Below are positions 12,388 through 23,487 of a stretch of 41,959 nt of DNA, in pieces. Source of the DNA: Basidiobolus meristosporus CBS 931.73 (taxonomy: Eukaryota > Fungi > Basidiobolomycota); assembly GCA_002104905.1 (NCBI GenBank), contig MCFE01000725.1, positions 1-41,959 of the forward strand, in the 5' to 3' direction. A model generated the notes under the pieces. That model saw only the letters and a list, made by a program, of their open reading frames with translations, had not been told where the DNA came from and made no database searches. Each line of letters starts with the position of its first letter. Position 1 is the first letter of the stretch. The translations under genes were made by a program, and so were the position numbers.

Positions 12388-15300
12388 TATCAATCTGATG
12401 GAATTAAACTTGGCTACCAGTGCAAAGGTCTCAGTATAGTCAAGTCCTTTTGTTTGGGAATATCCTTTGGCCACAAGTCATGCTTTGTATCTGTCATTTG
12501 TACCATCAGCCTTGTATTTTGTCTTGAAGACCCATCTGCATCCAATTGATTTTTGGTTGATTGGTAGTTTGACTGAGTCCCAAGTTTGGTTTTCCACCAG
12601 GGCTTGATATTCCTCAGTCATTGCAGATCTCCAAAACTTTGTCAGAGGGCTATTTAGGGCCTCTTTTACAGTCTGGGGTTCATCAATATGGACTGAATAG
12701 GCATAGGCTAAGTTTGTACCCTCATTGATATAGTAATTTGGGCTATTTCTTGTCCAATTGAATCCCCAGGCATTTGATACTGAATGATCACTTCTGGGAT
12801 ATTCCTGGGCACTGATTCTGGCTAAATCATGGTTTTAGAGTCCTCTGGAGTGAAAAAATTTTTATTGTTTTGCTCTGATTCAATCCGGACAATTGGTGGA
12901 TTGGAGATCAGATTATTGTCATTGTCTGATGCCATTTTTTGTGAAAATTTTGGATTTTCATCAAAGAGCACATCCCTGAACTTGATTAGCTTCTTTGTTT
13001 CAGTATTGTAGAGTCTGTATGCTTTACTCTCATTGCAGTAGCCCAAAAATATGCATTTTATACTTTTTGGCTCAAATTTGACTGTTCCCAGGCAGTTTCT
13101 TGGCATATGCTGTACACCTAAGTATTTTTAGATGTTCTGCACTTGGTCTGTATCCATACCATGCTTCAAATGGAGTAGAATCACAAAGTATTCTGTTATA
13201 GCACCTATTTTCAAGGTTTACAGCAGTGGCAACCAATTCCGCCCAAAAATCATAGGATAATTTTTGATCATGGATCATAGATTTGGCCATATCAATTATT
13301 GATCTGTTTGCACGTTCTGCTACTCCATTTTTCTGTGTGGAGTATGGTACAGTAGTCTCTTGCTGTTTCCCATAAATTTGCAGAAGTGGATCAGGAGTTT
13401 TGAGGTATATTCTCCATCATTGTCAGAGTATATTTCCATGATTTTTTCACCAGTTTCTCTCTCCACCATGGCTTTGAACTCCCTGAGCTTAGACAGAGCT
13501 TCTTCCTCTCTCTCCATGCAGTAGACCCATGTGTATCTTGTGTAATCATCAACAAAGATGCTTGAATACTTCATCCCACCAAAGGACAAATCTTGCATAG
13601 GTCCCCTCAGATCTGGGTGAATTAGATCTAATTTTTTCTTAGTTTTGATCAGCCCAGAGCTCTTGAACAGTTGTCTGGCTTGTTTCCCATATATGCAGGC
13701 TTCACAGTGCTCCAAATTTGCTGGGGGATCAATTTTTACTCCAGAAATTAGCTGTTTTCTGATCATTTTGCGCAAATAATTAAAATGGATGTGCTCAATT
13801 CTCCTGTGCCAAAGCATTGGTGTTTCTTCATTTAAATTACTTATACTGGCTTCCAAATATGCAGGAATATAACTCAGCTTGTATAGATTCTGATCTCTGA
13901 TACCCAAAGCAATATGGGCACCATTTTGATCAGTAATCTTGCATCCAGAATTGTCAAATCTGAAACTGAGTCCTTCTGTAGTGGCCTTGCTTACAGATAG
14001 TAGGTTCTTGGCTATTGCTTGTACATAGAGTACTTCTTTGAATGTCAGTGTATGGCTTCCTTCACTGCCTCTTAGATTTACTTGGATAGCTCCTTCTCCC
14101 ACTGCATCAAGTGTTCTATTGTCACCCATGGAAACCTTCTTAATTGGAATTTCTGGATATTGGGTAAAAAGCTCTTTTTGGTGTGTTAAGTGTTGCAATG
14201 CTCTAGAGTCAATGAGCCATGTCTAAGAATCTTTGTTTGTGGTCATATTTAGTGCAGATATGAATAGTCTATCTTCAGTTGTTGCAGCATTTCCATATTC
14301 AGGCTTCTTTTGCTGATTATCTTTCTTTTTGGGACACCAGTGTGATGTGTCCTTTCCTTTTGCAGTAGTTACAAAGCAGGTTGCTGTTGCCTTTGCAGGG
14401 TCTTGAATACCTCTTTTGTTGGTTATCATTGCTTATTAAAGCACTTTCTTCTTCCTTCTTATTTGCGCTTGATTTTCTTAATTCTTTATCCAGGAGCCTT
14501 CTGTGTATGTAATTTAAGGGCAAATCCTCAGTTCTGGACTCTAGGGCTGATACAAGGCCCTGAAACCTGTCTGTCAGGCTATTCAGGATGGTAACTATCA
14601 CATCCTCATCAGTAGTAGGTACGCCCACAGATTCCATCTCATCTACCAGCAGGGTAATTCTGTCAATTGGATTTTTCATTTCTTCTCCTGGCAGCATCTT
14701 TGTAGTGAAGAATTTTTGTCTCAGATACATTTTCTTAGCAGCTGAACATGACTGGTAGGTGTCTTCTAATGCTTTCAGGCATTCATTGCTGTTTTTGCAT
14801 TTGAGTATTGAATTAGCAATTTGTTCTTAACATTAAGGCAAAGGTAGTTAAATGCACTTTGTTCTTTCTTCTGGAACTTCAAGGCTTCCTCTTCCATGCT
14901 TTTAGGAGGGCATTCTTCTCCAATGGTATTATCCCAAAGGCCTCTTTCTTGTAGCAGCATCTTCATCTTCACCTTCCACACTTGGTAGTTAGAATCATCC
15001 AGCTTTTCAGCAGAGAGATAAATTCCAGTAATAGCAGTAGTAGACTTTGCAGAGAGTGACAGCTTGGGGCTCATAGCCTGTTGTAAGAGTCTGGGAGATA
15101 TTGGAAGTGACTGGGAGTACAAGTAGATTATGTGGTTTCACTTGATGATTTATTGAATGTAAAAGTAGTATTTTTACTTTTACCTGGGCTTGGCATAACA
15201 AGCACATAGAATAGGTTAAGGAAGGTCCCAAGAATATGTGTGCAAAGTTTGGGGCTGTTTGGACAACTTTGAGAATTTTCATGTTCTGGGTAGCTGGTAC

Positions 15301-18300
15301 TTTGGTGAGAATATTGCAAGTAAATCCAAACAAGGAATTTGATCAGTATTCTCTAGGATATGAAGGTATTGATCTAGGTCACTAAGTTAGGTGAATATTT
15401 AGGTGGAAATACAGATTTTTACAACAAAAACCACATAATCTACTTGTCCTTACAATCGCTTCCAATATCTCCCAGACTCTTACAACAGGCTATGAGCCCC
15501 AAGCTGACACTTTCTGCACTGTCTACTGTTGCTATTACTGGAATTTTTCCCTCTGCTGAAAAGTTGGATGGATCTAACTATCAAGTGTGGAAGGTGAAGA
15601 TGAAGATGCTGCTACAAGAAAGAGGCCTTTGGGATATTGTCATGGGAGAAGAATGCCCTCCTAAAAATGTGGGAGAGGAAGCCTTAAGGTACTAGAAGAA
15701 AGAACAAAGTTCCTTTAACTGCATTTGCCTTCATGTCAAGGACAAATTGCTAATTCAATGCCAAGAGCAAAAATGGCAAAGAATGCCTGGAAGGCATTAG
15801 AAGACACCTACCAGTCATGTTCAGCGGCTAAGAAAATGTATCTGAGACAAAAATTCTTCACTAGAAAGATGCTGCCAGGAGAAGAAATGAATAATTTAAT
15901 TTACAAAATTACCCTGCTGGTAGATGAAGTGGAATCTGTGGGCATACCAACTACTGATGCACATGTGATAGTTACCATCTTGAATAGCCTGACAGACAAG
16001 TTCCCGGGCCTTTTATCATCCATAGAGTCCAGAACTGAGGATTTGACCTTAAATTACATATATGGAAGGCTCCTTAACAAAGAATTAAGAAAACCAAGCG
16101 CCAATAAGAAGGAATAAGCAAATGCTTTAATAAGCAATGATTACCAACAAAGGAGGTACCCAAGACCCTACAAAGGCAAAAGCAACCTGTTCTGCAACTA
16201 CCTCAAAAGGAAAGGACATACATCAAACTGGTGTCTCAAAATGAGAGATAATCAGCTAAAGAAGCCTGAATATGGAAATGCTGCAACAACTGAAGATAGA
16301 CTATTCATATCTGCACTGAATATGGCCACAAACAAGAATTCTAAGATGTGCTATATTAACTATGGAGCATCTCAACACTTTACACACCTAAAAGAGCTTT
16401 TTACCCAATATCTAGAAATTCCAATTAAGAAGGTTTCCATGGGTGACAATAGAACACTTGATGCAGTGGGAGAAGGAGCTATCCAAGTAAATCTAAGAGG
16501 CAGTGAAGGAAGCCATACACTGACCTTTGAAGTAGTACTCTATGTACAAGCAATAGCCAAGAACCTACAATCTGTAAGCAAGGCCACTGCAGAAGGACTC
16601 AGTTTCAGCTTTGACAATTCTGGATGCAAGATCACTGATCAAAATGGTGCCCATATTGCATTGGGTATAAGAGATCAGAATCTATACAAATTGACTTATA
16701 TTCCATCATATTTGGAAGCAAATATAGATAGCTGAAATGAAGAAACACCAATGCTTTGGGACAGGAGATTTGGGCACATCAATTCTGATTATTTGCGCAA
16801 AATGATCAAAGAACAACTAATTTCTGGAGCAAAAATTGCTCCCCCAGCTAGTTTGGAGTAATGTGAAGCCTGTATATATGGGAAACAAGCCAGAATACTG
16901 TTCAAGTGCTCTGGGCTGATCAGAACTAAGAAAAATTAGATCACTCAGATCTGTGGGGACCTATGCAAAATTTGTCCTTTGGTGGGATGTGGTATTCAAG
17001 CACCTTTATTGATGATTATACAAGATACACATGGGTCTACTTCATGGACAGAAGGGAAGAAGCTCTGTCTAAGCTCAGGGAGCTCAAAGCCATGGTGGAG
17101 AGAGAAACTGGTGAAAAAATAAAGGAAATTTGCTCTGACAATGGTGGAGAATATACCTCAAGACTCTTCATCCACTTCTGCAAATTCATGGGATAAAGCA
17201 AAACACTACTATACCATACTCCACACAGCAAAATGGAGTAGCAGAATGTGCTAACAGATCAATAATTGATATGGCAAAATCTATGATCCATGATAAAAAA
17301 TTATCCGATGAATTTTGGGCAGAATCAGTTGCCACTGCTGTAAACCTTGAAAATAGGTGCTATAACAGAATACTTTGTGATTCTACTCCATTTGAAGCAT
17401 GGGATGGAAACAGACCAAGTGCAGAACATCTAAGAATATTTGTTTGTACAGCATATGCCAAAAATCTGCCCAGAAAGCACTCAAAACTTGAGCCAAAAAG
17501 TGAAAAATGCATATTTTTGTGCCAATGCAATGAGAGTAAAGCATACAGACTCTAAAATACCCAAGCAAAGATGCTTATCAAGTCCAAGGATGTGTTGTTT
17601 GATGAAAATTTAAAATATTCTCAAAAAACGACATCAGTTGATGATAAAGATTTGATCTTAAGTCCACCAATTGTCAGGATTGAATCAGAGCAAAACAATG
17701 GAAAATTTTTCACTCCAGAGGACTCTACACCCTTGGCTCATCCAGAATCAGTGCCCAGGAATATCCCAGAAGTGATCATTCAGTATCAAATGCCTGGAGA
17801 TCCAATTGGACAAGAAATAGCCCAAATTACTATATCACTGAGGGTACAAACTTAGCCTATGCCTATTCAGTCCATATTGATGAGCCCCAGACCCTAAAAG
17901 TGGCCCTAAATAGCCCTCAGACAAAGTTTTGGAGATCTGCTATAACTGAGGTATATCAGACCCTGATGGAAAATCAAACTTGGGGCATGGTCAAATTACC
18001 AATCAGCCAAAAATCAATTTGATGCAGATGGGTCTTTAAGACAAAATACAAGGCTGATGGTACAATTGAAAGATACAAAGCATGACTTATGGCCAAAAAA
18101 TACTCTCAAACAAAAGGACATGACTATACTGAGATCTTTGCACCGGTAGCCAAGTTTATTTCTATCAGATCAATATTGGCTATTGTTATGAATAGACACA
18201 AGGCAGGAGGAAAAGCTAGGCCCAGCAGGAAAGGACTTAGGTGTGGACCATCAAGGCAAGGCTGTTTATTCAAGACCTGTGTTTATCAGACTGAGGAATA

Positions 18301-19513
18301 CTTAAGGGGGGATAGGACTATATATACTTTTTGGCAATATGGATGCAAACAGATATTGGCTAATACTGATGGGGTTCTGGGGTGAGGCACAGCAGCAGTG
18401 CTGGGTATAATAATGTAGAAGGCAAGGCACTGTGACAGGATGGGTAAATGGATTGGGTCACTGGATCATATGACCTGGTATTTCCATATATGGTACTGGA
18501 CTATGAAAAATACAATGGGAAGCTTCAATGGAATGTTCCATTGTGTAACAATGGTTTGGAATGGTCAGAAACTTTCTGGAAGGTGGTAGAAGGTTCCAGA
18601 AGGAATCTCTTAGAAATTGAGCTAGGAAGCTGAAACTTGGCATGGGTGTTCATGGTTGTCATGAGATCTTGGCTCTATTCTCCTCTTCCAGGCAAAGCTC
18701 TGTTTCCCGGTGTGGTGGTGTATAAGTCCAGAGGGCAAAATACGGCTAACACTTCTCAAGTGTGAATGTGTGTGGGGTGTTCACTGGGTGCAATAACCTC
18801 TGGCAAAAGCTTGCTAGGAATACTGGGTCTTTTGTCTAATCTAATGTGATGGGGGATAAAGCCTCAAGCTGGTCAAGGGAAAACTATTGAACTACAATCC
18901 CCAACTTAGTTGGCGTCTTAACAAAAGTTTATAATGGCTTTGATGTCATTTGAGATGACAATGTACTAAAGCTTCCAAAGTCAAAACAACTGTAAACTCC
19001 ACCAACAGGGACTTGATAAGAATGCAGCTTTGACCAATAGTTACAAAGACTGAAAAGTATCTTTGCCTGTACAAGAACAAACTTGGGAAAACAAACAAAT
19101 ATAATAAAATATACCTACTCTGAGTATTCCTCACAAGTAGTGCCTCCAAGGTCAGTTGGCTGTCAGCACGGTTTCCTGGGAGTGTCGTCAGGTCTGAGTC
19201 AGAAAATAGTGGTAATAGGTAGCGGTGATCTCACTAATCAATAAGTCGGAATATTGGAAGAGGGATGATTTATTTTAAGGGATAGCCTCCCTTATATACT
19301 TTTTTGCTGCTCAAATTCTTGCTAGAAAATAGACTTGTTCCGTTGGATAGTGCCACATAGTGCCAGCCGGTTTATAGTGCCGGATCAATCTGGCACTCTA
19401 CGGCACCATCTGGCACTATAATTTCTACCATGATGCCAGTGGTATGATACAGTTACTGGTAATTTTACTCAATCTTACTTATGTTGCTCAGAATAGTGCT
19501 TTCCTTGCTTTAT

Positions 19514-20398
19514 TTACTCTTCATAATGCTCCAGACAGATTTCTCTCAGTGGATGTCTTCTTGTATGAACATACTGTGCATTGATAAGTATCTTAACTAC
19601 TTTACCTATTCTGCTGTTTTCTCCTATATATGACTTTCCTCTGCATTTACCTGCCAATATGCTGAATCTCTTCAGATATCCAAATGTGTGCTCTACCCTT
19701 ACTCTGAAATGATTAAATATCTCATTGTAGAGCTTCTGCTTCCTGCTAAGCACACCATTCCTTGGCTTCCTATAAGCTGTAATACATCCTAATCTCTGAC
19801 AATCCTCTCCTATATAGGCCAAGTCAGCCATACATTTCTCCCCTCTACTGAATTCAGGATGATTCTCTACCCAGAGTGCTTTGTCATGCCTACTTCCAGC
19901 AAATGGCCCACTAAACCAGATGATGTTACCCTCAATGTCAGACAGTGCTTGAAACTTCACACAGTGTGCCTTGTACTTGCCAGAATAAAAGTGCCTCTGC
20001 CCTCTAGAAGGTCTGTTAATCCTCACTGGGAAGGTATCCAAAATACTCCTGATATGGAACCTGTTGCTGAACACTCTGGGATATGGAAGTCTATTGGAGC
20101 TTCTGAACCTAGTATTCCAAGCTTGCTCTAAGTCATTCATACCCTCTGCAAGGTGGTTCTCCATTGCTGTCAGCTGGGAATGAAAGCTTCTAGGACTTTT
20201 GTTGCCATGGATGGTGGGATGAAACCTTGTAGGGCAATAGTTCTTGTAATAGCAGAAAAGCTTAACAAGAGATCTCCTTGAGTAGATTGGGGTTGATGGT
20301 CCACAGTACTTGGAATAGATCTCCTCCAGTGTGTCAAAAGGAAATCCAGTGGTAGTGATGGGATTGATGAGAAAAGACCATTCAGATGAGTAAGTCAT
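19514..20398 (-). CDS. DDE transposase (DDE_Tnp_4 / IS5-Harbinger-like), 294 aa, apparently intact
   Basis: Motifs ILDTF, YSGKYKAHCVKFQ, G.RHD, ADLAY and RVRVEHTFGYLKRF carry the D-D-E triad. An HTH-like N-terminus precedes them. Confidence 0.92.
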   Translation of the reverse strand: MTYSSEWSFLINPITTTGFPFDTLEEIYSKYCGPSTPIYSRRSLVKLFCYYKNYCPTRFHPTIHGNKSPRSFHSQLTAMENHLAEGMNDLEQAWNTRFRSSNRLPYPRVFSNRFHIRSILDTFPVRINRPSRGQRHFYSGKYKAHCVKFQALSDIEGNIIWFSGPFAGSRHDKALWVENHPEFSRGEKCMADLAYIGEDCQRLGCITAYRKPRNGVLSRKQKLYNEIFNHFRVRVEHTFGYLKRFSILAGKCRGKSYIGENSRIGKVVKILINAQYVHTRRHPLREICLEHYEE

Positions 20399-20757
20399 AT
20401 TAAAATTGATGGATGATTGTATGGAGGCGGTATGAATCGATTCGGCGCGATCTGCAATATTTATCTGATTTTTTACACATTATGGTTAAATCTCCATCAA
20501 TTGCCATGTATCCCATCATTATGTCGCAAAAATCATCCGCAAACAATGCCTTGGTACTTTTATTGATGCTTTAATCATAGGTCTATAATCAAAAAGGAAA
20601 TCTGCGATTGATGTGATCTGATCCGTGTCAACGCGATCCAAGATGCATCATGCATAATATATGGAAAATTCAACAATCACATTAGTTTTCATATATATTT
20701 CATATAAGACCAGGTTGATGCCAATATACTGCTGTATAAGTATCCAAATCCGTTGCT

Positions 20758-22029
20758 ATGGTCCCCATACCAAGCCTCAACTCATCTTTAGTACAACCCA
20801 GACAAAACCCATCCCCCAGCTCACAAGCGCGGTCCGGACCGGAAAAGTTGATGTCGGATCCGTTCGAGTTCTTGCCAAATGATTTTAGTATGGCCCAAGT
20901 GTCTATGATGAGCCTTCATACAGATATTTGGGCACTACTGATTAATCTAGCAGAAATAGATACCTCAGAGAGTCGACAAAGATGGAAGAATTTGAGTAGA
21001 AAGCTGTGGCATGAGTTCTACATCAAGATGCCAGCCTATGTATGTAAAAAGATATATAACAAGACAAGTATTGAAATCAAGAATGAGCTGAGAGCGAGGG
21101 GATTTGACGAGGAAGCCGCGCGGGAACAATTTTGCGCGCAATTTGCACAGTACGGGCCGGACACGTCCGTTCTTGCCTCAACTTTGTGAACCAAAGAGAT
21201 TTTGAATGAGTTTTTGCCTCAAATGACTAATGTACTACGTGATATATTAGTAGAGCTAAGTGGCTTCCGAGAGCAATATACACAGGACTCATCCAGGCAA
21301 CAGCTCCAAAGTATCAGACAGAGGGTAAGTGAATACCTTGAGGAATCAGATGGTGAGCTTCAGGAGGAAGAATACAGACCGCAAGCAACATTGTCCAGAT
21401 TGCGCCAGCACGCCTCGCTGGATTCCCTACCATCTCTTGCAACCACAGCACGCCGGCGCACATCAGTCCAGAGTACGCCAACACCCTTTACCAGAACGCC
21501 CTGCGTCAAGTCAATGCGCATTGAGTCAACGCGCGTCGGGTCAACGCACACGCTTCAGAGCAAAACTACCAGAACTCGCCAAACTGCTCATTTAGACACA
21601 AGTCCATTGGAGCGGACCAAGTTGCGTCAACATACGGCATCACATTGAACTCAGCCAAGGGCCATCTCAACGCGTCAAGGCGCGCCTGCGCGTGCCGTTT
21701 TGCCTGACCATCAGCAAGTTACTTCTGGTGAACTGACTGATGATGACCAACATGAAGTGACTCAACCACCGGAGCCCTTGGCAAGTAAAAGAACGCGTCA
21801 GCGCGTGGCACTACAGGCCGGTTCAGTTGGTTCAGTTGGTTTAGTCGGAGCAATTCAGCACGGCCAAGCTGCAGCATCGCACTCATCAACTAGGAGGCAA
21901 AATACTGACTACAAATACACAAGTAGCCAAGATGATAGTCAGCCAGGAAGTAGTATAGGTGTGCAAAGTGAGTCACTACCAAATGCTTCAGTAGTAATCC
22001 CTGTGAGAAAAAAACCCAGGAGAAGATGA
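20758..22029 (+). pseudogene. Transposon ORF2, putative Myb/SANT(MADF)-like DNA-binding partner; ~423 codons with two in-frame TGA
   Basis: Track ORFs 20758, 21202 and 21700 share one frame and are separated only by TGA at 21187-21189 and 21646-21648. Carries an RQRWKNLSRK helix motif and a C-terminal NLS-like PVRKKPRRR. The domain call is inferred. Confidence 0.75.
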
Positions 22030-23234
22030 TGCGATCGCTTTGAATTGCTCACATTTGTAATGATCCCGACAACCCTTTTTTTTTGCGATCCGAATCAAGC
22101 CATTGCAAATCAGTGATCATCAAATTTTTGATATAAGTAATATCAAGGTTGTCTCACATTTGAGACAGAACCCCTATAAATAAACACCCTGCATATATAT
22201 ACGTCATCTGTAATACCAGTGCAGCTATTGGATCTGTTTTGCACCTACACAATCGCTTGCGTGCTAGCTATGACACCTTGCTCAATCACTAGGATCAGGG
22301 ATTTACTTGCTCAATGGGCAAAATGGGATATTTGATGGCGAATCAGGTAGCTTTTTCAGTAGTCAATGAGCCAATTGGGGGCTGCCAGCTTCAGGATACT
22401 TTTGGACCAATTAACCACTGAGATACCGTCCAATTGGAGTGAGGGTAACCAAAATGGTAAGTATCAGTATAGTTTATAGTGTGATACATATTTATTTCCA
22501 TTTACATTAAAGAAACATATCCAAATACCGGATTTTACCTGCCATTATAGCGGTATCCGATCGCGCACGTGATGCGAGCATTACAAGTTGGCGCGATCAT
22601 CCGCGCCAACCTCATTGTGTCAGATTGTGCCATAGTGTGCAAGATCGTCCCGCATAGTGCGAAATCGTCCAAGAACAATCCTGCCTTCTGGTAGCTATAA
22701 CATCGCGCCCGATCATTCTTAGCAACCGCGGATTGCGCCGCGCGCCCTGGCACGGTACGATGGAACAAGTCTAATACTTTCCGGAAGTTTCCAGAAGGTA
22801 GTAGACAACCAATCATGTCTTTGTGTACTAAAAATAGCGCAAATTCATGGCGGATTGTTCCATGAGACATAGTAGCACCTAGCCAATCAGGTAGTGGTAA
22901 TATGAAACCTCTGTGTCATGTGGTTGCCTCTTATGGTAGTGAGATGGGGGGTTATGAAACCAAGATGGTCACGTGACATGGGCACTGTTGGGGTACTTGC
23001 CTTATAAGGTAACTATCTTATCTTGGCATCTTGGCAAGGAATAAGAATAGCTTGTGCATTGGGTTAATAGTGACAAATAGTTTGTCAGGTTGCATAGTAA
23101 TTATCACATAGACAAAAATAGGAAATATTGCAAATTTGGGATGATAATAATATAGGTGGGGTAATCCTTTTTAGGGAAGTGAACGCATAAGAATGAGCAC
23201 ATCTGCCTGTGGGTGTCACTGTGACCCCACTACA

Positions 23235-23487
23235 CCGGTGGGGCAGGTTTTGTAGGATATTGCTGGTGGAACTGGGTAACTAGTTCTTGACAATTAGAGA
23301 GATTAGTAGCTGGTTCCCATGTTTGGTCACTTGGACCATAACCAATCCAGTCTACTAAGTAGTACAGCTTTGACCAGATATACTTGGAGTCTAGAATCTG
23401 TTTAACTTCAAATTCTTGATGTTGGTCAACCTGGATGGCTTAGGGCTTTGCTTCTTGCTGATTTGGTAAGGTGTTCCTACAATACAG
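23235..23487 (-). pseudogene. Chromodomain of the family-B integrase (not in the ORF track)
   Basis: Hand translation: IQVDQHQEFEVKQILDSKYIWSKLYYLVDWIGYGPSDQTWEPATNLSNCQELVTQFHQQYPTKP. Confidence 0.9.

Larger units (their letters stand above)
9757..15426 (-). mobile_element. Ty1/copia element, near full length, decayed; 5' LTR 15079-15426, truncated 3' LTR 9757-10008
   Basis: Domain order gag (WKVKMKMLLQERGLW), protease, GAG-pre-integrase/integrase (CEACIYGKQ), RT (HQMDVKTAFLNG), RNase H (YSDADWG, TKHIDIR). PBS at 15066-15078; polypurine tract (PPT) at ~10009-10020. Confidence 0.95.
19331..22772. mobile_element. Complete PIF/Harbinger-related (PHIS, Pangu-like) DNA transposon, 3442 bp
   Basis: 11-bp perfect TIR AGACTTGTTCC, AAT TSD on both sides, subterminal GTGCCA/TGGCAC motifs and two divergent ORFs. 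Confidence 0.93.
18711..23234. mobile_element. Family-C solo LTR copy 1 (~1.08 kb; 18711-19330 plus 22776-23234), TSD CCGG, split by the DNA transposon
   Basis: TGTGGTGG...CCACTACA termini with CCGG on both flanks. Colinear with 23488-24558. Confidence 0.85.

Noticed and set aside
19357-19420. Short repeated GTGCCA/TGGCAC motifs as a CRISPR-like or satellite array
   Set aside because: They are irregular subterminal motifs of a DNA transposon, not repeat-spacer units.
22535-22870. 111-aa minus-strand ORF as a third transposon gene
   Set aside because: It starts outside the element, crosses the TIR/TSD junction and has no motif.
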